64,000 nt of DNA from an uncultured Caldilineales bacterium (GCA_937907455.1 CALESQ010000076.1:68793-132792), one strand, 5' to 3'. Counted from the first letter of the stretch, positions 8,663 to 17,723 are shown. A program made the numbers and translations. The notes: a model not told the origin generated them from the letters alone.

Positions 8663-9736
8663 ATGAAAGGTCTTATCTTAAGCGGCGGCAAAGGCTCGCG
8701 GCTGTATCCGTTGACCTATACCAGCGCCAAGCAACTGGTGCCGGTGGCCAACAAACCCGTACTCTTTCGCGTGATCGAAGCGATCCGCGATGCAGGTATT
8801 CGCGACATCGGCATTGTGGTGGGTATAGACGACAACGCTCGCCAGATCCGCGAGGCGGTGGGCGAAGGCGAACGCTGGGACGTGCGTGTTACCTACATCC
8901 CGCAGGACGCGCCGCTGGGCCTGGCCCATGCGGTCAAGATCAGCCAGGATTTTCTGGGCGATGAGCGCTTTGTGATGTTTCTAGGCGACAACGTGATTGA
9001 AGGCGGCATCAGCCCGTTGATTCGTGAGTTTGAGCATAGCGCCTGGAACAGCCAGATTGTGCTGACCCGCGTGGAAAAGCCGGAACAGTACGGCGTGGCT
9101 GAAATCGCCGCCAACGGCTCGATAGTACGCCTGATTGAAAAGCCGAAACAGCCTCCCAGTGACCTGGCTTTGGTGGGGATCTACATGTTCGACCACCATA
9201 TTTTCCGAGCTGTACACGCCATCCAGCCTTCGTGGCGCGGTGAGTTGGAGATTACCGACGCCATCCAGTGGCTGGTGGATAACGGCTATGCAGTGCATCC
9301 CTACATCCATCAGGGCTGGTGGATTGACACCGGTGCGCCGATTGACATGCTGGCGGCCAACGACAAGGTGCTGCAGGAGCTGGTGCACGAGATCAAAGGT
9401 GCGGTAGATAAAGACTCGCGCATTGGTGATCATGTCACCATCGAAGCCGGTGCAGAGATCATCAACAGTGTGGTGCGCGGCCCTGCGGTGATCGGCGAAG
9501 GCACGCGTATTGTCAATTCCTATGTCGGTCCGTTTACTTCTATCTACCATCACTGCCTGGTGCAGGACAGCGAGATCGAGCATTGCATCGTGTTGGAGTA
9601 TTCGCAGGTTGTGGATATTCCTGTGCGCATTGCCGACAGCCTGATCGGGCGGCAGGTCAGCCTTACCCGCTCGCCACACAAACCCAAGGCCTACAAGCTC
9701 ACTCTGGGTGATCACAGCAAGGTTGGGATTGTGTAG
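8663..9736 (+). CDS. rmlA: glucose-1-phosphate thymidylyltransferase, long form with a C-terminal left-handed beta-helix
   Basis: MKGLILSGGKGSRLYPLTYTSAKQLVPVANKP nucleotidyltransferase signature. The 357-aa length fits the long-form RmlA, and rmlB is adjacent. Confidence 0.85.
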   Translation: MKGLILSGGKGSRLYPLTYTSAKQLVPVANKPVLFRVIEAIRDAGIRDIGIVVGIDDNARQIREAVGEGERWDVRVTYIPQDAPLGLAHAVKISQDFLGDERFVMFLGDNVIEGGISPLIREFEHSAWNSQIVLTRVEKPEQYGVAEIAANGSIVRLIEKPKQPPSDLALVGIYMFDHHIFRAVHAIQPSWRGELEITDAIQWLVDNGYAVHPYIHQGWWIDTGAPIDMLAANDKVLQELVHEIKGAVDKDSRIGDHVTIEAGAEIINSVVRGPAVIGEGTRIVNSYVGPFTSIYHHCLVQDSEIEHCIVLEYSQVVDIPVRIADSLIGRQVSLTRSPHKPKAYKLTLGDHSKVGIV

Positions 9737-9881
9737 AGGATTCACGCTCTGTCATACCGAGCCGTTTGCGGCAAGGTATCTCTGATGAAGAACACCTCAT
9801 CGGCCTGCCGTGGTTTAACCAGCCTGGTGTGCCCTGCCCGGCATTACCCAGGGCTTGAGGCTTCTCATCCAAAGGACTTTT

Positions 9882-10913
9882 ATGCAAAACTTCATGATTA
9901 CCGGCGGCGCCGGCTTCATCGGCTCTAACTTTGTGCGCTATCTGCTCGACAAGTATCCTGATTACCGCGTAGTGGTTTACGACAAGCTGACCTACGCGGG
10001 CAACCTGGATAACCTGCTGGATGTGCGCAATGATCCCCGTTATAGCTTTGTGCAAGGCGATATCTGCGATGCAGTGGCGGTAGATACGGCCATCCGTACT
10101 CATCACATTGACACCATCGTTAACTTCGCTGCGGCGACCCATGTAGACCGCTCGCTGATGGAGCCGGACGAATTCCTGAAAACCGATGTTACCGGAACCT
10201 ACGTGTTGTTGGAGGCTGCGCGCAGCCACGGCCTGGAGCGCTATCACCAGATCAGCACCGATGAGGTCTACGGACAGGTACTCATAGGCCGCTCCGGCGA
10301 GCAAGATCCGCTGCACACGCGCAGTCCTTACTCAGCCAGCAAGGCCAGCGGTGATCTGATGTGTCATGCTTATGCCATTAGCTTTGGCGTGCCGGTGACA
10401 ATCACCCGTGGCTCCAACAACGTGGGGCCTTATCAATACCCCGAAAAGGTAGTGCCGCTCTTTGCCACCAATGCCATAGATGATCGCCCGCTGCCGATCT
10501 ACGGTGACGGGCGACAGATGCGCGACTATCAGTATGTGTTGGATCACTGCGAAGGCATTGATGCGGTGCTGCATCACGGCCAGTTAGGCGAGGTGTACAA
10601 CGTGGGCACCGGCAGCGAGATGTACAACATAGACATGGCGCATCTGGTTTTGGACACACTGGGCAAGCCGCACAGCCTGCTTCAGCCGATTACCGACCGC
10701 CCCGGCCATGACCGGCGCTATGCGCTTGATGTCAGCAAGCTGGAGGCATTGGGCTGGCACAGCCGTCATTCCTGCGAAGACGCCATTCGCGCCACAGTGC
10801 GTTGGTATGCCGCCAACGAGTGGTGGTGGCGCAAGATCAAAAGTGGTGAGCATTACCAGGCGTATTACCACCGCCAGTACGCCGGGCGCGAGGTTGGCGG
10901 CAGCCCGCTGTAA
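9882..10913 (+). CDS. rmlB: dTDP-glucose 4,6-dehydratase
   Basis: MITGGAGFIGSNF Rossmann motif, YSASKASGD catalytic motif and RPGHDRRYALD motif. ATG at 9882 chosen over the upstream TTG. Confidence 0.9.
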   Translation: MQNFMITGGAGFIGSNFVRYLLDKYPDYRVVVYDKLTYAGNLDNLLDVRNDPRYSFVQGDICDAVAVDTAIRTHHIDTIVNFAAATHVDRSLMEPDEFLKTDVTGTYVLLEAARSHGLERYHQISTDEVYGQVLIGRSGEQDPLHTRSPYSASKASGDLMCHAYAISFGVPVTITRGSNNVGPYQYPEKVVPLFATNAIDDRPLPIYGDGRQMRDYQYVLDHCEGIDAVLHHGQLGEVYNVGTGSEMYNIDMAHLVLDTLGKPHSLLQPITDRPGHDRRYALDVSKLEALGWHSRHSCEDAIRATVRWYAANEWWWRKIKSGEHYQAYYHRQYAGREVGGSPL

Positions 10914-10930
10914 AGGGTGCAGCGCACGCA

Positions 10931-11134
10931 ATGAGCGAATCGAAGCCCCGATCTATAGATCACGCGTTGGCAGCAAAGCGCGAAAATCGTCTGCTACTGG
11001 GAGTAGCTGCCGGTTTCGGCTGTTTGCTGCTGGTGTGTGCTGTTGGTGCGGCGCTGGTTTTCTTCCTGGCGTTGTATTGGACCCTGCAAGGCCAGCTTGG
11101 TCCCGCAGGTAGCTTGCTGCCGCCGCTGCTCTAA
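10931..11134 (+). CDS. hypothetical small membrane protein
   Basis: 67-aa ORF with one clear TM segment (LLLGVAAGFGCLLLVCAVGAALVFFLALY). No homology recognised. Confidence 0.35.
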   Translation: MSESKPRSIDHALAAKRENRLLLGVAAGFGCLLLVCAVGAALVFFLALYWTLQGQLGPAGSLLPPLL

Positions 11135-11159
11135 TTGCAAGACAAATGGAGTCATTGTC

Positions 11160-11627
11160 ATGTCAACCCCTCTGCAAGTGGGCGATCTGGCCCCTGATTT
11201 TACCCTGACCAGCGACAGCGGCGAGCAGGTGGCGCTCTCGGCGCTGCGCGGCCGCCGCGTTGTCCTCTATTTCTATCCCAAAGACGACACACCGGGCTGC
11301 ACGGCTCAGGCCTGCGGCTTTCGTGATGCCTATCCACAGATTGAAGAACGCAATGCCGTGGTGCTGGGTATCAGCCCTGACAGTGCCAGGTCGCATCAAA
11401 AGTTCAGAAGCAAATTTAATTTGCCTTTTACTTTGTTGGTAGATGAAGATCACGCCGTGGCGGAAGCCTATGGCGTGTGGGGCGAGAAGTCCATGTACGG
11501 CAAAAAATACATGGGCATTACCCGCAGCTCGTTTGTTGTGGATGAAGCCGGCCGGTTGGCCGATGTGCAGATCAAGGTGAGCCCGGCGGACAGCGTCGCC
11601 ACGGCGCTGTCCGCGTTGGGCCTGTAA
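11160..11627 (+). CDS. bcp: thioredoxin-dependent peroxiredoxin Bcp
   Basis: APDFTL..VVLYFYPKDDTPGCTAQACGFRD is the peroxiredoxin active-site motif. ATG at 11160. Confidence 0.9.
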   Translation: MSTPLQVGDLAPDFTLTSDSGEQVALSALRGRRVVLYFYPKDDTPGCTAQACGFRDAYPQIEERNAVVLGISPDSARSHQKFRSKFNLPFTLLVDEDHAVAEAYGVWGEKSMYGKKYMGITRSSFVVDEAGRLADVQIKVSPADSVATALSALGL

Positions 11628-11631
11628 GTAG

Positions 11632-11662
11632 CACTGAGCCGACTCACTGAGTCGGCTCAGTG
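11632..11662. terminator. perfect hairpin between convergent genes
   Basis: CACTGAGCCGACTCA/CTGAGTCGGCTCAGTG inverted repeat lies right after the bcp stop and right before the stop of the minus-strand hydrolase gene. Confidence 0.7.
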
Positions 11663-11666
11663 GATT

Positions 11667-14654
11667 CTAGGGGGTAGGTGGGGCTGAGGCCAGCATTTGA
11701 ATTTCAGCGGCTGACAGGGCGCGGGCATAGATGCGCAAATCATCAATCCGTCCGGGGAACAATTCCTGCGGCGTACCGGTGGAGTTGCTGTTCTGATTGC
11801 CGCCAATGTACACCGGCCGGGTTGTGTCTTTGGCAATTGCGCCTGTCAGCGAGCGCGATCCCGCTTGCACACCGTTGACGTACAGACGCATGAATGAACC
11901 ATCGTAGACACCCGCCACATGCAGCCATTGGCCGGTGGGCGCTGCGCCACCGTAAACAATCCCTGTGCCTGCGGTGGCAGAGTTGACGATCCAACCGTAC
12001 TGGTTGTTGTAAAAGCCTAAGCCCCACTGATCAAGGTACGACGTGCTGTATTGGCGTGAGACGACCAGTGACCAGTTACTGACATTGCTGTTGCGATACA
12101 CCCAGCCTACTACGCTGATGGCGCTGCTGATGCTGTTCAGACTGGTTGAAGCTGGTGAGCGGCCATAGTCGTTTACTCCATCCAGTTGGATCGCACCGCT
12201 GCCAGGGCCATTGGTCCAGACGGGACCGTTGTACCACGTGATCGTGTTGGCATTACCAGAGCTATCCAGCGCAGTTGTTCCACTTCCTTGTTCCATACGC
12301 CACCAGGCGATCAAGTTAGCGGTTGTGGTTGTGGGTGTGGGTGTGGCGGTGGGGGCAACCGCTGTGGCCGTGGGTGTGGCGGTGGGGGCAACCGCTGTGG
12401 CGGTGTGCGTGGGCGTGGCGGTGGGGGCAACCGCTGTGGCGGTGTGCGTGGGCGTGGCGGTGGGGGCAACCGCTGTGGCGGTGTGCGTGGGCGTGGCGGT
12501 GGGGGCAACCGCTGTGGCGGTGTGCGTGGGCGTGGCGGTGGGGGCAATCGCTGTGGCCGTGTGCGTGGGCGTGGCGGTGGGGGCAACCGCTGTGGCCGTG
12601 TGCGTGGGCGTGGCAGTAGGTGACGTGTTGGGTACTAACAGCCGCACATTGTCAATATAAAAAGTGGGCTTGCTGCTGCCAGTGTTCTCCTGCCAGGTGA
12701 GTCGAGCTATCTGGGTGGGATTGCCCAGTTGCGACCAGGGCACCACGAACTGGGTCCATTGTCCTGCCGTTGGTGTGAAGATGATTTTGGGGCTGGCCAC
12801 ACCGCTATCAGTTTGCTGGATGTGGAAATTCATGGAGCCACTGCCGGATACGCCGTATACCCAGAAGCTGATGCCAGTGTAAAGGGATGGGTTGACCAGG
12901 CTTTGCGAGCGCAGCGACAACCCTGCCCAACCTGTTGTATAGGTCAATGCGATGGATTGGGTGCCGCTTTGCACGGGCGTGATGTTAGCGAAGTTAATGG
13001 TGGTACCCCAGGACCAGCTTTGCCACCCTGCGGCCAATGCATCGCCGTAAACGATCACATCGGGGCTTGGCACGGGCGTAGGCGTAGCGGTGAAAGTCGG
13101 TCCCCCCGGGGTGTTGGTGGGCATTGCCGTGGGGGTAACAGTCGCCTCAGGTGTTGATGTGGGCGTGCTTGTGGCAACAGGCGTTGCAGTGGGCGTTGAG
13201 CCGGTTTGACCCGGCGGCAGATAGCCCTTGCTGCTGTCATCGAGGATCAGCACCCAGTCATTGCCTAGACCGCTGCTGGGCGGTGTAAACAAGCGTGTGC
13301 CCGAATTGCTGTAGGTGCCCAGGTTTTGCACGCCGCCATCGCGCGGGTTGTACCAGTAGCCGGTGACAGTGCTGCCGCTGATGCGTCCCATATTCACCGA
13401 GAAGGGTTGCCCGGTGGCGCTGTAAACAAACAGATAGTCCGTGCCGCGCGTGGCCTGAATGCGGTTATCCCCGCTCAAGGCATTGGTGATGATCCCTTGA
13501 TCGGGAATACGCACCAACTGCGGGCGAGAGATCATCAGCGCTTTAAGATATTGCATCTGCAGGGCGCCAGGCGCAGTAAGATCACCGAAATCGCCTACTC
13601 CGCTACCAGCCCACACATCATAATGCCCATAGGTGTGGCCGAAAGCGCCCGCGAAAACGTCCCAGTAGGCAATGGTGCGAATATCGGTAGCGGTGGCATA
13701 GCCGTTACCTGCGTTGAAGCAGATGGGAATATTCTCATACATCGGCTCCGAATCCATCACCGGCTTGACAGGGGTGAGATTGTAGCTGCTGCTGATCAGA
13801 TTCCACACATTGCTGCCTTTGCAGTGTCCAGTCTGCCAGGTGTTATAGTCAAGCCAGGCCGCGTTGTGAAACCAGGTAGCCGAAGTAGCATAGCCGCTGG
13901 GGTGATAGGTAAGCAGCACATCGTCAGGGTTGCCACCCGCGCCGTCAATAATGCCTTGCGCCATGGCCGCCCAGCCGTCAATCTGCGCCTGGTTGTCGGG
14001 ATCATAGTCACCGCCGAGCATCCAGATAACAGGCTTGTTGCCATAGCGCTGACCCAGGAAGTAGCCGTAGGTATAGCCTTTGCCACCTGAAAAAATGCCA
14101 TTCGCCATCCAGCTACCCCAGGCTGGCAGCATCACGGTGTACATGCCGAGTTGATAGGCGCGATCTACAATGTAGTCTACGTGGTCCCAATAGTCATACT
14201 GATAGGCATCGTTTGGGTCCGATCCGGGCGTTATGTTGGGCTGCGTCGGGTCTGAGTTGATAAACATCACATCGCCGTGGCCGTTGGGGGTGGTAATGCT
14301 CCACCACATCAGCACAGCCTGGGTTGCGGTAAACCCTTGCGCCGCCCGGGTGCTAAGGTAGTAATCAGCCTGGCTGCGGTTTGCGCCGTAGAACAGAGTC
14401 CACGCCTCATCACCCAGGTAAAAAAACGGGTCGCCATTACTGGCTTTGACAAGATAGCGACCATTGGTAGACACTTGCAGGGTATAAGGTCCTGCAAACG
14501 CTGCAGAGCGCTCGTTGCTCACGGCTGGAAGAGAACCCTCTACCGGCCTTCCGGCCTGCGGCAATAAAACTGTCAGGAGCAGCAGCAGGCTAACCAGACG
14601 AACCCATAAGGAACGATAGGGCGATTGTAAACCCTGAGCATATTGAAAATACAT
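11667..14654 (-). CDS. secreted multidomain glycoside hydrolase (DUF4038/GH140-like) with CBM-like and LamG/concanavalin-A-like domains
   Basis: Signal peptide; NGDPFFYLGDEAWTLF motif of DUF4038-type hydrolases; PT-rich linkers; a beta-sandwich CBM-like segment; and a C-terminal LamG_3-like segment (LDGVNDYG...FPGRIDDLRIYARALS). Confidence 0.75.
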   Translation of the reverse strand: MYFQYAQGLQSPYRSLWVRLVSLLLLLTVLLPQAGRPVEGSLPAVSNERSAAFAGPYTLQVSTNGRYLVKASNGDPFFYLGDEAWTLFYGANRSQADYYLSTRAAQGFTATQAVLMWWSITTPNGHGDVMFINSDPTQPNITPGSDPNDAYQYDYWDHVDYIVDRAYQLGMYTVMLPAWGSWMANGIFSGGKGYTYGYFLGQRYGNKPVIWMLGGDYDPDNQAQIDGWAAMAQGIIDGAGGNPDDVLLTYHPSGYATSATWFHNAAWLDYNTWQTGHCKGSNVWNLISSSYNLTPVKPVMDSEPMYENIPICFNAGNGYATATDIRTIAYWDVFAGAFGHTYGHYDVWAGSGVGDFGDLTAPGALQMQYLKALMISRPQLVRIPDQGIITNALSGDNRIQATRGTDYLFVYSATGQPFSVNMGRISGSTVTGYWYNPRDGGVQNLGTYSNSGTRLFTPPSSGLGNDWVLILDDSSKGYLPPGQTGSTPTATPVATSTPTSTPEATVTPTAMPTNTPGGPTFTATPTPVPSPDVIVYGDALAAGWQSWSWGTTINFANITPVQSGTQSIALTYTTGWAGLSLRSQSLVNPSLYTGISFWVYGVSGSGSMNFHIQQTDSGVASPKIIFTPTAGQWTQFVVPWSQLGNPTQIARLTWQENTGSSKPTFYIDNVRLLVPNTSPTATPTHTATAVAPTATPTHTATAIAPTATPTHTATAVAPTATPTHTATAVAPTATPTHTATAVAPTATPTHTATAVAPTATPTATAVAPTATPTPTTTTANLIAWWRMEQGSGTTALDSSGNANTITWYNGPVWTNGPGSGAIQLDGVNDYGRSPASTSLNSISSAISVVGWVYRNSNVSNWSLVVSRQYSTSYLDQWGLGFYNNQYGWIVNSATAGTGIVYGGAAPTGQWLHVAGVYDGSFMRLYVNGVQAGSRSLTGAIAKDTTRPVYIGGNQNSNSTGTPQELFPGRIDDLRIYARALSAAEIQMLASAPPTP
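12341..12614 (-). repeat. in-frame 39-bp tandem repeat (about 7 units) encoding PTATPTHTATAVA linker units
   Basis: Near-identical units GGCGGTGGGGGCAACCGCTGTGGCGGTGTGCGTGGGCGT on the plus strand. The protein shows APTATPTHTATAV repeated. Confidence 0.9.
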
Positions 14655-15018
14655 GGGGAAGCTCCTTTCTGCATCAATGGCGATAAACAGATGTGTTTTT
14701 TTGCCTTGTTAAACGAACACTATTGATGCATAAAGTATATAGATGTTTCGATAATACACCAATCTGCGCAAATGCTACGATATGTATTATCAGTCTTGTA
14801 GAATATAAATATCTGAAAACCATACAAATTGTATAATAATATTATGTTTATAACGCATTGGTTTTGATACTCAAATCAAGTATTTTTAACGCAAGTGTGT
14901 GAAAATCATTGCGAGTTTATTTGATCTGATTTGAAAATCCATCGGGTCGGTCCCTCCAGGGTGGTTCTCAATTTCCCGACTCTGCCCGTTCGTTTCATCT
15001 ACGGTTGTGCCCCATCGC

Positions 15019-15079
15019 CGGACTCGGTCAGGAGATTGGAAACCATCCCGCAGGGACCGGCCGGAGCGGAGCAGCATGG
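15019..15079 (+). repeat. dispersed structured element, full-length copy
   Basis: CGGACTCGGTCAGGAGATTGGAAACCATCCCGCAGGGACCGGCCGGAGCGGAGCAGCATGG. Shares both flanks with the long units of the 32.2-kb array. Confidence 0.8.
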
Positions 15080-15150
15080 TTCTCCATGAGAAATAAAGAC
15101 ACGCCGTCGGAATCAACCGGCGGCGTGTCTTTGCGGAATGAGGATGCGGC

Positions 15151-16101
15151 TTACAGGTCGTCGTTTTGGAATCGTTCCCAAAGCGCCTGTGTGTGAGCCG
15201 CAGCATTCAGCTTTACCCCGTAGGGCGCGAAGTATTGGGTCAACCGTTCGATGTCGCGCTGCAATAGCCTCAGCGCGTGGGGGTTTCTCAGCGCTATCAC
15301 CGCCTGGGGAAAGTCAATCACCACCGCGCGCCCCTGCCAGTACAGCACATTGTACGCGGACAGGTCACCATGCACGCGGTTTTGGCGAAGCATTAACTCG
15401 ACATGCCATAGCAGCCGCTCGAACAGGGGCTGCGCTTCGTTTGACTCCAGCCGCGCACTACTCAGCGTCGGCGCGGGCTGGTTTACCTCGCCGAAGTATT
15501 CCATCAGGATCGTATTGCCCAGATGTCCGATGGGACGCGGCACATCCGCTCCCGCGGCGTGCAGCGCGCGTAACATCGCATATTCATGCTCGATCCAGGA
15601 AAAGGTTGCGGCTTCGCGGCCAAAGTCGGTCTTCTGCGCGATAGCACGCTTCAGGCGGGTGTTGCGTACCACGCCTTTGCCCTCTTCATCCAGCAGCAAG
15701 CGCCCTTCTTTGTAGATGGCGTCGTTGCGCAAGGTGCGATGCGCCTGCGGGCGGTAGATTTTAGCTGCAATCAGCTCCATGCCGGTGCTGGGATGCGCCC
15801 GGCAGCAGTAGACATTCGCTTCTTTGCCGCCCTTCACACGCGCCAGCACGTCACTGATCACATTGTCGCGATAGAAATCGGTCAGTGCCGCTTGCAGCAG
15901 GCGTTGTTCACTCTCGCCCACCACCAGCGTCGTGGTCAGATCATCGTCGCCATCCAGTTGTTCGATGATTTCATGGGGCAGAGTTGGCTTGGGTCGTGTC
16001 GCTGCTGGTCGTCGCGCGGTTCGGGCCTGCCGATGCGTCCTGCGATCCTGCGGCAGATAATGACCGAAATCGTCATGGTCATCGTATGCTGACAAATTCA
16101 T
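15151..16101 (-). CDS. RIO1-family atypical serine protein kinase/ATPase
   Basis: GKEANVYCC, AAKIYR and HGDLSAYNVLYWQGRAVVIDFPQAV motifs are characteristic of RIO kinases. Confidence 0.8.
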   Translation of the reverse strand: MNLSAYDDHDDFGHYLPQDRRTHRQARTARRPAATRPKPTLPHEIIEQLDGDDDLTTTLVVGESEQRLLQAALTDFYRDNVISDVLARVKGGKEANVYCCRAHPSTGMELIAAKIYRPQAHRTLRNDAIYKEGRLLLDEEGKGVVRNTRLKRAIAQKTDFGREAATFSWIEHEYAMLRALHAAGADVPRPIGHLGNTILMEYFGEVNQPAPTLSSARLESNEAQPLFERLLWHVELMLRQNRVHGDLSAYNVLYWQGRAVVIDFPQAVIALRNPHALRLLQRDIERLTQYFAPYGVKLNAAAHTQALWERFQNDDL

Positions 16102-16328
16102 GGGTAAGGGAAACTCCTCAAATCGTCCATTTTCAGAATCAAAACGGCCACGGAGAACGCGTCGTGCGCTGCCGTGGCCGCCGAAAACGGAGGATGCGAG
16201 GAATTAACCTCGTGGGGAACACCAGGCGCACGCGCAAAAAACAGCCCATTGAGCAAAGCTATTCACTTGAGACATGTTGCACGTGCCTCCTTTACAAGAG
16301 ATTTAAGATAAGACAGAACAACTATAAC

Positions 16329-16363
16329 GCATAGCCTCTGATTCGTCAAATCAGAGGCTATGC
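16329..16363. other. strong 15-bp stem hairpin in a low-GC intergenic island
   Basis: GCATAGCCTCTGATT-CGTCA-AATCAGAGGCTATGC. A T-rich tract follows on the minus strand (GTTATAGTTGTTCTGTCTTATCTT). Confidence 0.6.
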
Positions 16364-16583
16364 TGCCTGTGTAAGCAGTGGTATCAGTACTTTTGGATGA
16401 TTTGCACCTTGAGTGTCGGCGGTATGGTGAGTAGGTGGTTTTGGTAGCAACATTCAGCACGCTGAGTGAGCCACGCAGTGCGTTTCTCATCTGCAGCGCC
16501 AAAGTCGAATGTCCTGCTCAACCAGTCGCACGGTTGTGAGCAGGCGCGAACCTGTGCCGTTGCTGCAAACAGTGATATGAGGC

Positions 16584-16611
16584 TTGACAAGCCTTCCAAA
16601 CTTCATATAAT
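16584..16611 (+). promoter_or_regulatory. sigma70-type promoter for the S1-domain gene
   Basis: TTGACA (16584..16589), a 16-nt spacer, then TATAAT (16606..16611). The -35 lies inside the 13-bp palindrome GGCTTGACAAGCC. Confidence 0.6.
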
Positions 16612-16661
16612 TGTGCAAAATATCTCGACCGTTAAGATTTGTTGGAGAGGAAGGGCGTCGT

Positions 16662-17723
16662 ATGATGCACGATTTTGATGATACAGGAAACCATGACCGA
16701 AAAACAGCCCAATCCGGTTATGGAGCCGCAGTACAGGATGACTATTGGCAGGCCCTGCTTGATCAGGGCGAAGTAACTGGCTTGAACGAGCCGCCTCCGT
16801 GGGTTGGCAACGGCCATACCCATGCAATGGCCGAAGAAGACGACTACAACGAGGATAAGAACGATTGGCAGCGTGCTGAAGCCTTATTTGATCAGCGCGA
16901 ATGCTGCTTCCTGAATATAGTCGGCTACAATCGTGGCGGCCTGCTGGTGAAGTTTGGCAACATCACCGGCTTTATCCCCAGCTCGCATTTGGTAGATTTC
17001 CCCGGCATTGTTGACCCCTACGAACGGGAAGATGCGCTGAAACAGCGCGTTGACACCGAGCTGAAGTTGCAAATCATTGAAATTGATCGCCACCAGACCC
17101 GGCTGATCCTGTCTGAGCGCATTGCGCGCGAGGCAGAGCGCGGCGAAAGCCTGTTTGGGCGCATCAACGCTGGCGACATCCTTAGCGGGCGCGTCAGCAA
17201 CCTACGCCGTTTCGGCGCGTTTGTAGACCTCGGCGGCTACGAGGGCCTGATCCACATCTCCGAGTTGTCATGGGGCCGCGTCAACCACCCCGGTGATGTA
17301 GTGCGCCCCGGCGACGAAGTGCAGGTCTATGTGCTTGACGTGGATCCTCAAGAGCGTAAAATTCAACTCAGCCTGAAATATCTGCAATCAGACCCCTGGC
17401 AAAACGTGTTGGAGCGTTTCCATGCCGGTGATGTGGTAGAAGGTCAGGTTACCAACGTGGTCAGCTTCGGCGCATTTATCCGTTTAGACGAAGGCATTGA
17501 GGGCCTGATCCACATTTCCGAGCTGGCTGAAGGCACCTTCCTTCACCCCCGCAACGTGTTGCGCGAAGGCCAGCGCGTGGAGGTGAAAGTGCTGGGCGTG
17601 GAGTTAGAAAACCGGCGCATCGGTCTCAGCCTGCGCCAGGCCCATCCACCGCAGCGTATTGTCTGGCCGTCTCCGGCGCAATCTCCGGTGTTTTTCGCGG
17701 CCAGCCCCGACCCCGGGTTTTAG
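16662..17723 (+). CDS. S1 RNA-binding domain protein (ribosomal protein S1-like, about 4 S1 domains)
   Basis: Repeated S1 signatures (G.V..V..FGAFV.L....GLIHISEL). ATG at 16662 is preceded by GGAGAGGAAGG. Acidic N-terminal extension of about 70 aa. Confidence 0.8.
   Translation: MMHDFDDTGNHDRKTAQSGYGAAVQDDYWQALLDQGEVTGLNEPPPWVGNGHTHAMAEEDDYNEDKNDWQRAEALFDQRECCFLNIVGYNRGGLLVKFGNITGFIPSSHLVDFPGIVDPYEREDALKQRVDTELKLQIIEIDRHQTRLILSERIAREAERGESLFGRINAGDILSGRVSNLRRFGAFVDLGGYEGLIHISELSWGRVNHPGDVVRPGDEVQVYVLDVDPQERKIQLSLKYLQSDPWQNVLERFHAGDVVEGQVTNVVSFGAFIRLDEGIEGLIHISELAEGTFLHPRNVLREGQRVEVKVLGVELENRRIGLSLRQAHPPQRIVWPSPAQSPVFFAASPDPGF

Noticed and set aside
12186-12660. ORFs encoding GGGNRCG/VGVAVGATAVAV/WAWRWGQPLW repeats, and a PPPPRPRT repeat ORF.
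   Set aside because: These are alternative-frame and antisense readings of the 39-bp VNTR inside the hydrolase gene. Only the minus-strand PTATPTHTATAVA frame is continuous with the conserved flanking domains.
16582-16594. GGCTTGACAAGCC palindrome at the S1 promoter and a similar GGCTTGGCAAGCT at about 24833 upstream of pcrA, as a shared operator.
   Set aside because: The palindrome arises largely from the -35 hexamer TTGACA and its flanks. Two loose occurrences are not enough evidence.
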